The notes under the pieces were generated by a model, which was given only the letters and a program-made list of their open reading frames with translations, had not been told where the DNA came from and did no database searches. A program made the translations under genes and the position numbers. Positions 49,921 through 60,827 of a stretch of DNA of 64,000 nt are shown here, in pieces. How positions within the stretch are numbered: position 1 is the stretch's first letter; the number at the start of each line of letters is the position of its first letter. Origin of the DNA: Enterobacter phage EC-F2; sequence record MN508624.2; one strand, 5' to 3'.

Positions 49921-52900
49921 ATGATTAAAGCGCCGTCAATTACCAGTTTGCGCGTTGATAAACTGGCTGCTAACTTCGTATATTTGAAGTGGGATAGCGT
50001 AGGCATGGATTTCTACTACGTGGTAGAAATGGCTGAAACTCGCGGTGCGGGTGGTGCTGTGGTTCCAGATGATGAACTTACCTGGTTTCAATTAGGTTAC
50101 GCATATCAGAACGAATGGTTTTCTTCTGACGTACAGCCCAACAGCTATTACAAATATCGCGTCATGGTTACGCATAAAGGCTTTGACCCGTCTGACTGGG
50201 TTTATACAGAGGAACTCTGGACATTCGATCTCAACGCATACACATATTCGACTATGCGTGAATTCACACCAAGTGATGCATTCATAAACGAAAAATTTTC
50301 AAAGAATAACAGAAACTACGTGAATTTTGATTCTGATGTGGTAATGGCGGCTCTGATGAAAGAAGACTTTGTGTTTTCTCCATTATACACCGACGTTTCA
50401 CAAATCAGTGATAAAATCCTTACTCAAGAAAACTATCATGAGATCCAGGATCATATCGAACACGTTTGTAACGACATTAACAGAACTTTCCTGGTAGCGT
50501 CAAACGGTTTATTGTACCTGTTTGAACGTTTTCAGAACATGGCGAAGGTGTCAAACGACAAAGGGCAAACATGGCATTACTACAAGGCGTTTAACGACCG
50601 CGTAGGAAACCCTGTATCGCGCTCTGTTGCGTATCAAAGCCGAAACACAACCTATGTACTGGGTTACGATCGTATCTTCTACGGGCGCACCTCAACAGAT
50701 ATTCGCTGGTCTGCGGACGATGTGCGATTCTCTGCTGATGATGTTACGTTTGCCAAACTGGGGAACCAGACGGGCTTAGATTTCGATGTAGACTCATACA
50801 ACACGTTTGCTAAATTGCCTGGTAACGTGGCGAAATATGCCGAAGCAATGGCCTGTTCTGATGGCTGGCTCTATGTTGCTGCTAAAAACGTCATGCGTCG
50901 TATCGCTCTGAAACAGACACCGATCGATACGAACCCAAGTTCACCAACGTTCGGGGAAAAGATTTTCGATACTGTTAGCTATACAATCGTACCTGGTAAT
51001 GATAAGATTGTTGTTAAGAAAATGGATGTTATGGACGGCATTCTGTACGCGCTTGTAACGGGTGAGGTGAAAACTGCTCTGTTAGATCCAACAAAACCTG
51101 CTAACGTTAAATCGTCTACTGCATCCGGTGTGTATCAGTGGCAAGAAGACACTAAAACTTTTGTACGCCTGTACGGGAACACGGAAAAAGAACGTTTCTT
51201 CATTGAACATCAATACACCAATATGTCAACAAACGGTACAGAAATTTTCATTTCTGTTGCAAACTACAAGTATCCTGGAACTTTACCAGATCCAGAACTG
51301 GTGGTGGAAAACCCAGCGTTGGTTGATGCGGTGAAATATGATCTGCGTCCTGGCTATACCTCCAGCCTTGCGATCAACTTCACGACGATTCGCGCACACA
51401 TCGACGATCCTACTGTGTGGAAATTTGGTGCTCAGGAATACTACAACGAGGCAAACTATAGTTGGTTCTTCCGCGATTCTGTTCGCACATGGATTACCAA
51501 TGATAACCGTCCTCTGGTGGTGTACCCGAAAATAACGTATACGCTAGTTACTGATAGTGCTGGCACGTCATCATCGCTTCGTGTTAACCGTGAAGTGTGG
51601 GATCGTGGTAATGTGAAAATCTATATCAACAACATCAAGTTTACTGGTTTTACCAAGTACACTAACGGTGTGTTACTGTATAAGAGTTCAGGCGAAATCA
51701 TCGGATTTTATGAGTTGAGTTATCGCGCCCGTGACAGTTTAACGATTTTCTGGAAACCAGACAATACTTTGTTGATTGCTAATCTGATTCAGCAGGAACG
51801 AGAAAAACCATATACGCCAGATCTGTCTCCTGGTTTGATTGACCCAGATTTAAGCCATATGATTACGCGCTTTGCGCCTCAAAGCTATCTGGAACAGCAA
51901 TATTTCGAGAAGTTCGGGGAATATTATTTGCAGTTCGTTTCATTGGGTGAAAATACCTATTATAACAAACTGTTGAACCTGATCAGGAACAAATATCCTC
52001 GCGAACCAAACAGCGTTGAATATCTCTGGTCGGAAGTAAACCGCCGTAATATCTACCTGGATAAATCGAAACGTGATCAGGTTGTTCGGTTCTTCGAATC
52101 CCGTGCGAGTGACTTCTATTCGTCAAAGGGTATCGAAACCAGTTACAAATTCCTGTTCAAAATGCTGTATAACGAAGATGTTACCGTTGAAATCGAAAGT
52201 TCAAACACTCTCGAATATGATATTTTGGTATCGTCAACGAATATCAGCCAGGATATTGTAGGCCGGACGATTTACACACCAACAGCAAGAGCTAACGTGA
52301 CGTATATCGAACGCAACTATGAAAACGGACAATTACGCTGGTCAATGACTCTGCATAACGTGATAGGAAACTTCCTTGAAGGTCAGGTTGTCAAGTCAGA
52401 AAAAACTAACTTTACTGGAATGGTTCTGCGTGGTGTTCGTGGTAAACAAATGGCGAATAACTCGATCGACTACTTCAACCGTGGACGTTCGTACTATGTG
52501 ATGAAAATTCGTTCGAATCTACCAGCATCCCGTTATAAGGATGATGTTCTGCGATTCGTTCACCCTGTAGGCTTCGGTTTTATTGGAATCACGATGTTGA
52601 CTGTTTTCATTAACTCTGGTTTGTCTATGACGCATAGCGAAACGATTATTGATATTCTTCGAAATTATCGCTATGACAGTGGTTATCCGAAGTATTGGCC
52701 TGATCGTGTAGCCCGTCTTGATGGTAACGGAAATCAGACATTCGACCTCGTAACAGGAGAAGCATTATATGATGCACATCCTAAAGCCGGACAGCTTTTT
52801 GATGTTCCTCCTGAATATGATGTTGATGAACAACCGCTGAATGGTGTTTTACCTTCTGCGCGTCGATTTGATCAAAGTCCACTGTTCGATAGCTCTGCGG

Positions 52901-53004
52901 TTAAATACTCTCAGTTCCGTAACTTAGTGGAAAAACGATTGAAAGATGACGCTGGTAATCCACGCGATCCAAATCCACCGTCACAAAGAAAGGTAGGAAA
53001 ATAA
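49921..53004 (+). CDS. 7: baseplate wedge protein gp7
   Basis: A 1027-aa protein between gp6 and gp8 (T4 gp7 is 1032 aa). An RBS GGAGAAACATA precedes it. Confidence 0.7.
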   Translation: MIKAPSITSLRVDKLAANFVYLKWDSVGMDFYYVVEMAETRGAGGAVVPDDELTWFQLGYAYQNEWFSSDVQPNSYYKYRVMVTHKGFDPSDWVYTEELWTFDLNAYTYSTMREFTPSDAFINEKFSKNNRNYVNFDSDVVMAALMKEDFVFSPLYTDVSQISDKILTQENYHEIQDHIEHVCNDINRTFLVASNGLLYLFERFQNMAKVSNDKGQTWHYYKAFNDRVGNPVSRSVAYQSRNTTYVLGYDRIFYGRTSTDIRWSADDVRFSADDVTFAKLGNQTGLDFDVDSYNTFAKLPGNVAKYAEAMACSDGWLYVAAKNVMRRIALKQTPIDTNPSSPTFGEKIFDTVSYTIVPGNDKIVVKKMDVMDGILYALVTGEVKTALLDPTKPANVKSSTASGVYQWQEDTKTFVRLYGNTEKERFFIEHQYTNMSTNGTEIFISVANYKYPGTLPDPELVVENPALVDAVKYDLRPGYTSSLAINFTTIRAHIDDPTVWKFGAQEYYNEANYSWFFRDSVRTWITNDNRPLVVYPKITYTLVTDSAGTSSSLRVNREVWDRGNVKIYINNIKFTGFTKYTNGVLLYKSSGEIIGFYELSYRARDSLTIFWKPDNTLLIANLIQQEREKPYTPDLSPGLIDPDLSHMITRFAPQSYLEQQYFEKFGEYYLQFVSLGENTYYNKLLNLIRNKYPREPNSVEYLWSEVNRRNIYLDKSKRDQVVRFFESRASDFYSSKGIETSYKFLFKMLYNEDVTVEIESSNTLEYDILVSSTNISQDIVGRTIYTPTARANVTYIERNYENGQLRWSMTLHNVIGNFLEGQVVKSEKTNFTGMVLRGVRGKQMANNSIDYFNRGRSYYVMKIRSNLPASRYKDDVLRFVHPVGFGFIGITMLTVFINSGLSMTHSETIIDILRNYRYDSGYPKYWPDRVARLDGNGNQTFDLVTGEALYDAHPKAGQLFDVPPEYDVDEQPLNGVLPSARRFDQSPLFDSSAVKYSQFRNLVEKRLKDDAGNPRDPNPPSQRKVGK

Positions 53005-53997
53005 ATGGCTCAACAAAACATTTACCGTGCGGTTGTAACTGGTAAGTTCCGCACGGAAAACATGATGAACTTTCGCGAAATGATCGGGGATGCCTCCGAT
53101 CATAACTCGATTTATATGTCGATCGGGAGAACTGAACAATGGGCGGATAATGAATCCGACCCAGAATTCGCGCCCCCTTATCCTAACGATGATACAGATG
53201 GTATTGTCGATATGTGGACGCATATGATCGGGATGACTAAAGTTCCTGGCGAAATGATTGATGCGATCGTTCCCCGTAAAGACTGGGGCGATACACGATA
53301 TCCGAACCCTAAAATCTTTTACGTTAATGATATTGTGGTTGTCAACTCCGCTCCTTATAACCGTACTGACTACGGTAAAGGATGGATGGTATATCGCGTT
53401 GCTGACGTTCCTGATATCGGTTCTTGCTCTATCTCCAGCATCACGGGGAAAGTTGAATGTGTGCGTATTGGTGGCGTTTGGACACCTACACACGAATCGA
53501 TCGAACCTCCACGCGGAGAAGCGAACGGTATTGATATGGGCGACGGTTATATCTGGGAATATCTCTACACGATTCCACCAGATGTTGTGATCAACCGTTG
53601 CACAAACGAACATATCGTTGTTCCGTTCCCGAATGAACTCGAAGAAGATCCGGTTCGCTGGGGTTACGACAACGTAATCAAATGGTATCCAGATATGTAT
53701 GATTTGGTTTACCGAATGAAGGTTCACTCAATGCGATTCCGTGCGTATATGGATTCGTTGTTCTTCCCGCAAGCCTCTTTACCTGGGAACCGTGGATTCC
53801 GTCAAGTAAGCGTTATTGTAAACCCGCTACTTAAAAAGGCGCAACCCTCAGACCCAGAAGTAAAAGCAACAGGCCAGTATTACACACGGAATCAACTTGA
53901 ACTGGATTCAGGACAAATGATCTATATGGAAAACCGTCAACCGATTATTCGTTCTCCTGATCAGACCGAAGAAGTCAGTATTATTTTCGAATTCTAA
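53005..53997 (+). CDS. 8: baseplate wedge protein gp8
   Basis: IYRAVVTGKFRTENMMNF...PYPNDDTDGIVDMWTHMIGMTKV...RKDWGDTRYPNP...DGYIWEYLYTIPPDVVINRCTNEHIVVP...YMENRQPII matches T4 gp8 throughout. Confidence 0.9.
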   Translation: MAQQNIYRAVVTGKFRTENMMNFREMIGDASDHNSIYMSIGRTEQWADNESDPEFAPPYPNDDTDGIVDMWTHMIGMTKVPGEMIDAIVPRKDWGDTRYPNPKIFYVNDIVVVNSAPYNRTDYGKGWMVYRVADVPDIGSCSISSITGKVECVRIGGVWTPTHESIEPPRGEANGIDMGDGYIWEYLYTIPPDVVINRCTNEHIVVPFPNELEEDPVRWGYDNVIKWYPDMYDLVYRMKVHSMRFRAYMDSLFFPQASLPGNRGFRQVSVIVNPLLKKAQPSDPEVKATGQYYTRNQLELDSGQMIYMENRQPIIRSPDQTEEVSIIFEF

Positions 53998-54007
53998 GGA
54001 AACCATA

Positions 54008-54871
54008 ATGGCATATCAAACAGGTAAAAAATTGATTGACGTGGGGCAGATCGGCAACCCGTCAACTGGTGATCCGCTGTATGACGGCGGTGTTAAATTA
54101 AACGAAATGGTAACGAACATATACAACGCATTTGGTGATGTTCGTCTGCTTAGTGCTAATAATGGCGTTGGTACAATGTTGCTTCACGCGACTGGTTATT
54201 ATCAAAAGCTGCCTCGCACATATTATTCAGGGAACCCGATCGAATTGGGTTCTTTGCATGATATGGATACTTCTACAGGGCCGATTACAGTTGTTCTCCC
54301 TACGGGTAAGTTAGGTGAAGGATGCTATTTCATAAATAGTAACGGTAGCGTTTCTGTTGATCGCCCTATTGTTTTCCGTCCTCAAGTTGGCGATGGAATT
54401 ACGGGAGTACAGGATCAGCTTTACGTGACCTCCCCGTATACCCGCGTTATGCTGTGGTGTACGAAGAAAGAGGGTTCAGTAACTACATGGGATTATTCAG
54501 TAGAATCAATGTTCGGTTCTAAAACAATGCCCGTTGACGCTACCAAACTAATTTTGAAAGCATCATCTACCGCAATACCGTTATTTGGTTACAGTGAGTT
54601 CAGCGGCGCGAAACTTCTCGTGTATGCTGAAAATATGAGAGGTACAGTCACTAAAATGGCTGAAATTCTGTTAGGCGTGGATCGTGTCGCTCGAAATGTG
54701 TATTCAACTGAATATGCAGTATTGAAAAACAGCGACGATGATATGTACACGCTAAACTTCACTGTTGGCGCTGGTGATGTGGTATATGCTAACGTTCAAT
54801 CCAAACTCGAAGATCGTATTAAGTTTACGATTAAAGCGATTGACACCATTAAATCAGGGATCGCAGCATGA
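54008..54871 (+). CDS. 9: baseplate wedge / long-tail-fibre socket protein gp9
   Basis: 287 aa (T4 gp9 is 288 aa) in the conserved position between gp8 and gp10. Confidence 0.65.
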   Translation: MAYQTGKKLIDVGQIGNPSTGDPLYDGGVKLNEMVTNIYNAFGDVRLLSANNGVGTMLLHATGYYQKLPRTYYSGNPIELGSLHDMDTSTGPITVVLPTGKLGEGCYFINSNGSVSVDRPIVFRPQVGDGITGVQDQLYVTSPYTRVMLWCTKKEGSVTTWDYSVESMFGSKTMPVDATKLILKASSTAIPLFGYSEFSGAKLLVYAENMRGTVTKMAEILLGVDRVARNVYSTEYAVLKNSDDDMYTLNFTVGAGDVVYANVQSKLEDRIKFTIKAIDTIKSGIAA

Positions 54872-56685
54872 AACAAGAAATTATTATTGGTAACGTGGTT
54901 GATGACGGCGCTGGCGATTACTTACGCCGTGGTGGTCAAAAGACAAACGCGAACTTTACCGAACTTTACAACAAGCTGGGTGATGGGGAAATCCCTCACC
55001 CAGCGGGTGCATGGAAAACGCATTCAGCCCCTACGCTATCCCCTATTTTCGGTGATTCGTGGGCGCTGAATACAAGTAACAACCGTATTACTGTAAACCT
55101 CCCTAAAGGCGGCGTAAGCGATTATAACAAGGTTATTCGTCTACGTGACGTATGGAGTAAATGGGCTACCAACAACGTGCGTCTGATTCCTGCAAGCGGA
55201 GACACCATTAAAGGTTCCCCGACTTACAAAGAATTGTACAAAGATTTCATGGATGTTGAATTGGTTTATTGTTCTCCTGGTCGCTGGGAATATGTCGAAA
55301 ACAAACAGATCGACAAAATCACTACTTCGGATCTTGCAACCGTATCGAAAGAAACGTATATCGCTACACAGGGACAGACAGACTTTCCTAACGTATTTGG
55401 CCCTAATAACTCGTATAACGTCCGTGCTCTGGAAGTTTACTATCGCGGTAACTTGCTGTACATCGACGACAAAAACGGCTTTGTAGAGGCAAACAGTGAT
55501 TACGGTTCGCCTGGTGCTAGCGCCGGACAACTGGTAGATCTGGATGGGGTGAATATTCGCCTCAAACGTCCGTGTAACGCTGGTGACACGCTTCAATTCG
55601 TTACCTATCTGGATGGTATTGCCGCATGGCGTTCGACGTATGAGGCGCATACTATGCGCGTATACAACACAGGCGACACCGAACAGGTTAGTGTTCCTGG
55701 CGAAATCTGGGTTGGTGACTTGTCAACCAAACGCGAATTCACCAATGCCGAGTTCGGGATCAGTCCTCGTATTCTGGTAAACCCTAACTCGTTTGAACTG
55801 CTGCTTAACGGTCGTCAACTGGTTAAAGCTGGTGATGCGGATCTCCCGACCTTTACGTGCGAAGGGGCACAAGGTTACGATGAATCAAGCTGTTTGGCTA
55901 ACTCCGGTGCGTGGGTTCCCTCTGGACAGGACTACAGCCTAATTTTCGTTGATTCTATTGTAACTGGTATCAAATTCGCTCAACCTCTGGAAACTCGCGA
56001 TGTCGTAACAATTCGTTGGTTCAACAATGATATCGGTACGGTGATGGAATGGGACGGTGTAGGCGGTATTAAAGAACATACTGATAAGATTTATCTGAAC
56101 AACGAAGAAGAAGTTGTTCTGGTGAATCAGATTGAATATACCGATTACAACAACCCGACACAGAAAACCGCTCGAAAAGTAGCCGATACCTTTACTGGTC
56201 GTCTGCTGGATCTGCAAGCGTTCTTTGATGTGATTCACCCGATTGGGACAATCTACGAAAACGCACACAACGACGCGAACCCAGGCGATTATATGGGCTT
56301 TGGTATCTGGACACGTTATGCCGAAGGAATGTTCCTTGCTGGCTGGACTACCGATGAAGCCGATAGTGATTTTGGTCTGAATAATAACGATCTGGATGGT
56401 TCCGGTCAACCAACTCATACTTCTGGTGGCACTGGTGGCGAACGTGGTTACGAAATCAAACCGATCAACGTTCCTCAAATTCAGTCAACCGATAAGGTTC
56501 TGATTAAAGACGCGAACGGGATCATTATTATCGGGGGCTGTCAGGTTGATCCTGATGCGAAGGGGCCAGGTTACACTAAATACCGCGAGGATGTAATTAA
56601 AGTAAATCAGGGTAACACTACCCCCGATAAACTTAGAACGCTCCCGCCATATATTACTGTTCATCGCTGGATAAGGGTAGCATAA
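54868..56685 (+). CDS. 10: baseplate wedge / short-tail-fibre attachment protein gp10
   Basis: 605 aa (T4 gp10 is 602 aa) in the conserved position, with translational coupling (ATGA) to gp9. Confidence 0.65.
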   Translation: MKQEIIIGNVVDDGAGDYLRRGGQKTNANFTELYNKLGDGEIPHPAGAWKTHSAPTLSPIFGDSWALNTSNNRITVNLPKGGVSDYNKVIRLRDVWSKWATNNVRLIPASGDTIKGSPTYKELYKDFMDVELVYCSPGRWEYVENKQIDKITTSDLATVSKETYIATQGQTDFPNVFGPNNSYNVRALEVYYRGNLLYIDDKNGFVEANSDYGSPGASAGQLVDLDGVNIRLKRPCNAGDTLQFVTYLDGIAAWRSTYEAHTMRVYNTGDTEQVSVPGEIWVGDLSTKREFTNAEFGISPRILVNPNSFELLLNGRQLVKAGDADLPTFTCEGAQGYDESSCLANSGAWVPSGQDYSLIFVDSIVTGIKFAQPLETRDVVTIRWFNNDIGTVMEWDGVGGIKEHTDKIYLNNEEEVVLVNQIEYTDYNNPTQKTARKVADTFTGRLLDLQAFFDVIHPIGTIYENAHNDANPGDYMGFGIWTRYAEGMFLAGWTTDEADSDFGLNNNDLDGSGQPTHTSGGTGGERGYEIKPINVPQIQSTDKVLIKDANGIIIIGGCQVDPDAKGPGYTKYREDVIKVNQGNTTPDKLRTLPPYITVHRWIRVA

Positions 56686-57350
56686 TGAAACAACAATTTA
56701 TTTCCAAAACAAGGGAGGGGGCGAAAGTCCCTTCCCGCGAAGCAGATTTTTTACAATATGAAATGGGTACGAAAGACCCTTTGATTGGTGGTAAACGTAC
56801 TATCGGCGGCGCTAACGTCGATCAGCTTCGCAAAGGGGTTGATTACCCTAACGTACAATCAGCAATCGACGATCTATATTCTTTATCTCAGCAGATCCCG
56901 ATTAACGGGGTGATTATGATGACCGAAGATAGTCCGCCGTCTGCTGTTCAGCAAGTAGAAACAATTAAGTTTGGCGGTGCTGTATTAAACCCAGACCCGG
57001 ATCAGACAAAAGCAACTATTCACGTATACGGATTCCCATTTGTATTCGATAATACAACTAACGCATCAAGTGTGTGTGAAGAAGTATATAACACCTTTAA
57101 CGATTTTGTTACCCATGAAAAATATTTCGATTTGGTGACTCGTAAAGGGCTTAACGGGGAAATGCTGGAAGTTCGTTTTATTGATGCAGTTCCGCATCCG
57201 GTAACTAATAAAACAGAAAACGGTATTTCGATGGTTGGTACGATCGACGTTCAGGCTAAATCTGGTTATGGAACATGGTCGAAATTGGGGGAAGTTGATT
57301 TGGCAGTCACACCAGCAGTTCCGATCTACTATTTCCAGCGTATTGCATAA
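56685..57350 (+). CDS. 11: baseplate wedge / short-tail-fibre attachment protein gp11
   Basis: 221 aa (T4 gp11 is 219 aa) in the conserved position. Confidence 0.65.
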   Translation: MKQQFISKTREGAKVPSREADFLQYEMGTKDPLIGGKRTIGGANVDQLRKGVDYPNVQSAIDDLYSLSQQIPINGVIMMTEDSPPSAVQQVETIKFGGAVLNPDPDQTKATIHVYGFPFVFDNTTNASSVCEEVYNTFNDFVTHEKYFDLVTRKGLNGEMLEVRFIDAVPHPVTNKTENGISMVGTIDVQAKSGYGTWSKLGEVDLAVTPAVPIYYFQRIA

Positions 57351-57359
57351 GGATAACAA

Positions 57360-58751
57360 ATGAGTAACAACACAATTAACCACGTAAGCGATGCGTCCGT
57401 TTACGTGACTTTTGATCCTACGGGTACGCAATGGCCTAGCACGTATAAAAACGTCCAACAGGCTCTTGCTGTTATCGGTAGTTGGGCGCGTACTGATGTT
57501 GGCTTGCCTGTTGCTGCTCCTGGCTTCCGTGGTATAGCCGCGATCGCGACACAGGCGCAAATTGACGCTGGTACTGATAACACAACGATTGTTACCCCTG
57601 CATTGCTGCAATATCGTTTACAGAACCCTCATGCGTCACAAATCGTATGGGGGTACACTCGCTATGCAACTGATGCCGAATCGGTAACTGTTTCGAACGA
57701 TCTGGTAACTATTACCCCTCGTTCGTTGAATTACGTGTTCAATAACAGAAAATCAACAGAAACCGTGTGGGGTTCTGCTAAACTGTCAACTACTGCTCAG
57801 GCAACGTCCGGCACTGATGACACGACCGCAATGACTCCACTGAAAGTGAGGCAAGCGATCTCTGCTCTGGTTCCGGTACAATCCAACGCAACAGAAAGTT
57901 CATTTGGTTTGGTTCAGTTGGCTACCGTAGCAGAAGTCCGCGCAGGTACAATCCGTGATGGATTTGCTATTTCACCATACACGTTTATTCGTCTTACTGC
58001 AAGCGAAAGCGATTTAGGTTTACTCCGTATCGCTACCCAGGCAGAAGTAAACGCGGGTACTGATAATACCAAAGCGATCACCCCGCAAAAACTTGCGGCT
58101 GTTAAGGGTTCCGGCTCTGCTTTCGGTATGGTTAAATTATCAACAGAAATCAATACTGGATTAGCAAACACCGCGTTATCTGCTGGTGCAAACGTTGTTC
58201 CGAGTAACCGAAACAGTGCGATCACTGGCGGTGCATTGTATCAGGGTTCTATTGACGTTGACAATAAATACCAGACAAAGACTGATGTTGACGCAAATAT
58301 CCCGATCGGATGCATGATGCTTGCTGCATTCAACTCCGATGCCGGAAACCTGTTTATCTGTAACGGGCGAGCGATGAACCGCAATTCAAACCCAGAACTG
58401 TTTGCCCGAATTGGTTATACATACGGCGGTTCTGGTGATATTTTCAACTTGCCTGATATGCGCGGTGTTGCTGCTCGCGGATTTGATGCTGGACGTGGTT
58501 TAGATCCAGGTCGCGGGTTTGGTACATACCAAGCGGACATGTTCGCATATCACGAACACGATCTCCAGATGGTATATCAGAACGGTGGAAACCTTCCAGC
58601 AAGTCTAGTTCAGTACGAACTCAAAAGCGCAGTGAAGAATGACCAGATGCTTAGACACTTGAATAACCAATACAGTAAAGCGTTAGGAACTGGCGGAAAC
58701 GAAACACGAATGAAAAACGTTGCGGTCAACTATGTAATTCGAGTACGATAA
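57360..58751 (+). CDS. 12: short tail fibre protein gp12
   Basis: The N-terminus has repeated ...AQ(I/V)DAGTD(N/D)T... fibre repeats. The C-terminal receptor-binding 'tail collar' domain carries FNLPDMRGVAARGFDAGRG. Confidence 0.8.
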   Translation: MSNNTINHVSDASVYVTFDPTGTQWPSTYKNVQQALAVIGSWARTDVGLPVAAPGFRGIAAIATQAQIDAGTDNTTIVTPALLQYRLQNPHASQIVWGYTRYATDAESVTVSNDLVTITPRSLNYVFNNRKSTETVWGSAKLSTTAQATSGTDDTTAMTPLKVRQAISALVPVQSNATESSFGLVQLATVAEVRAGTIRDGFAISPYTFIRLTASESDLGLLRIATQAEVNAGTDNTKAITPQKLAAVKGSGSAFGMVKLSTEINTGLANTALSAGANVVPSNRNSAITGGALYQGSIDVDNKYQTKTDVDANIPIGCMMLAAFNSDAGNLFICNGRAMNRNSNPELFARIGYTYGGSGDIFNLPDMRGVAARGFDAGRGLDPGRGFGTYQADMFAYHEHDLQMVYQNGGNLPASLVQYELKSAVKNDQMLRHLNNQYSKALGTGGNETRMKNVAVNYVIRVR

Positions 58752-58762
58752 AGGGGTTATCC

Positions 58763-60793
58763 ATGATTTCAAAACTTAACCCGTTACCTAAGATCCCGTT
58801 TGTTGATGGAGTCCCTACGGACTCCACTCAAACTAAGATCCAATGGATTATTAACGGCGAAACTCTCAATGGTGCAAACACCAAAACCACTAACGAGGGT
58901 TCATTAAACAGAAGCGGTGTTATGGTTCAACAGAACGCCGTACAACTGGAACAAAACACAAATACACAGACATCGAAGATCAACGAAGTCATTGATCAGG
59001 TTAACCTCATTAGTGAAAACCTTGCCGCAATCTCTGATGAAAGTGTAATTGACAAGCTGGATCAGGTTGTTTCTGATGTATCTGTTCTTAAAGTCGATAT
59101 GACTGGCGTTCAGAATACCGTAGCAGGTCAAGTGCTCAAAGTAAATGACATCGAAACAGAAATTGGTGTATGGGATTCGACAACCGATCCTAAACACCGC
59201 ACGATCCGCAAAGATATCATTTTCCTGAAAGGTGAACTGGGTGCATATCCTGGGTTTAACGAAAACGGTGATGTAGATTCTTCGTCTACTGGTTCCGGCA
59301 TGAAATACAAAATCATGACGAACGCACAGGCGATTTCTATCCACGAAGGGCGTATTACCCGCCTTGAAGATGACTGGGCGAACTCAGACGTAGGACACCT
59401 AACCGATGAAGTTACCGATCTGCGTAACGAAATGGGGCCGAAACATTTGGCAACCTTCGAATCCGTATATGTTCGCTTAAATGGTATCGGTACGCGTTTA
59501 ACAGGCGTTGATAACGAACTGACAAGCATCAACCAGTATATCGGTCGTAGTGGTTCTGGTGGCACTGGTAGCATCGTTAACCGTATGAATGTAGCAGAAC
59601 AGAACATCGTTACTTTGCAAACTCAGGTAAACGATCCCGTTGTTGGTGTTCTGCCTCGCGTGATTGTGCTCGAAAGTTCTGTTGGTAACTCTCAGGTTCC
59701 TGGTAGTATCCGTTATGATATCAGTACCATGAAGCGAGACATTGGCGATCTTAGTATGATTGTCGGTGAATCAAGTGATGATGGTCTGCGCGGAGAAATG
59801 GCGCAGGTATTAACGGACATCGGTGCTGACGTACAACCAACGAGTATGAAAGGCCGTATTCTGAACCTGGAAAACACCCAGCGTGACGATCATCAATCAC
59901 TCATTGATGTTACTGCAATTGTTGGTAATACATCGTCTGGTCTGGTAGCTGCTAATATTGCGATGGGTAAAGCCGTCTATGGTGATGCAGCAAGTTCAGA
60001 TCCGTTCCTGAAAGACGGTATTCAGAAAACTGCTCGCGATAGTAAAGCTGCAATCGGCGTGAACACTACTGGTTCTGAAACTGGTTTATATAAACTTATT
60101 TCCGATCTGACTGCTCGCGTTGCTGCTCTTGAAAGTGGTTCTGGTGGCGATCTCACGACCCGTGTTACTGAACTGGAAAACAGCAAAGTATCTCACAATG
60201 ACCTTGATTCTGCTCTGGTTCCGTATATTACAGAAGTTGAAGCAGATGCGAAATATGTTGCAAAAACTGCTCCAATGGTGTTCGACCAGAACATTTCTGG
60301 AAACAGTGACTACACCGAAGGTGGTACTATTTCGTTCAGCGTAGTTGTTTCGGGTGGCGCTACCCCTTACACGTATCAGTGGAAGAAAGATAATGCCAAC
60401 GTAGGAACCAACAGCGCAACATTCTCTAAAGCGGGGGCAACCTCTGCTGATGATGGTGTTTACAAAGTTGTCGTGACTGATGCGGAAAATACTGTAATTA
60501 CTTCTAACGAAATTACTGTTACCGTTCATCCGGTTCTGTCATTAAGCACTGATATTTCTGATGTGACTGTAACTACTGGCGACCCGCTAACGCTTCATGT
60601 TGTGGCAACTGGTGGTAAATCTCCATACGCGTATCAGTGGAATAAAGACGGCTCTGATTTGAATGGTGAAACTCTGGATACTCTGACAGTAGCATCGGCG
60701 GCAAGCGAAAACGCTGGCGTGTACTTTGTTTCTGTTCTTGATGATCTGGGTAACACAATCGAATCAACTCACGCAACCGTAACGGTTCAATAA
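58763..60793 (+). CDS. wac: fibritin-like neck whisker protein (wac) with two C-terminal Ig-like domains
   Basis: About 480 aa of heptad-rich segmented coiled coil (LEQNTNTQTSKINEVIDQVNLISENLAAISDESVIDKLDQVVSDVSVLK...) sits between gp12 and gp13. It is followed by two tandem 90-aa Ig-like repeats (GGATPYTYQWKKDNANVG...GVYKVVVTD and GGKSPYAYQWNKDGSDLNG...GVYFVSVLD) in place of the T4 foldon. Confidence 0.65.
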   Translation: MISKLNPLPKIPFVDGVPTDSTQTKIQWIINGETLNGANTKTTNEGSLNRSGVMVQQNAVQLEQNTNTQTSKINEVIDQVNLISENLAAISDESVIDKLDQVVSDVSVLKVDMTGVQNTVAGQVLKVNDIETEIGVWDSTTDPKHRTIRKDIIFLKGELGAYPGFNENGDVDSSSTGSGMKYKIMTNAQAISIHEGRITRLEDDWANSDVGHLTDEVTDLRNEMGPKHLATFESVYVRLNGIGTRLTGVDNELTSINQYIGRSGSGGTGSIVNRMNVAEQNIVTLQTQVNDPVVGVLPRVIVLESSVGNSQVPGSIRYDISTMKRDIGDLSMIVGESSDDGLRGEMAQVLTDIGADVQPTSMKGRILNLENTQRDDHQSLIDVTAIVGNTSSGLVAANIAMGKAVYGDAASSDPFLKDGIQKTARDSKAAIGVNTTGSETGLYKLISDLTARVAALESGSGGDLTTRVTELENSKVSHNDLDSALVPYITEVEADAKYVAKTAPMVFDQNISGNSDYTEGGTISFSVVVSGGATPYTYQWKKDNANVGTNSATFSKAGATSADDGVYKVVVTDAENTVITSNEITVTVHPVLSLSTDISDVTVTTGDPLTLHVVATGGKSPYAYQWNKDGSDLNGETLDTLTVASAASENAGVYFVSVLDDLGNTIESTHATVTVQ

Positions 60794-60796
60794 TTA

Positions 60797-60822
60797 ATAA
60801 GGGGCGAAAGCCCCTTTTGAGG
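60797..60822 (+). terminator. terminator hairpin TAAGGGGCGAAAGCCCCTTTTGAGG (identical to 1241-1266)
   Basis: A 26/26-nt identity with the post-gp54 terminator. Confidence 0.6.
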
Positions 60823-60827
60823 ATCAT

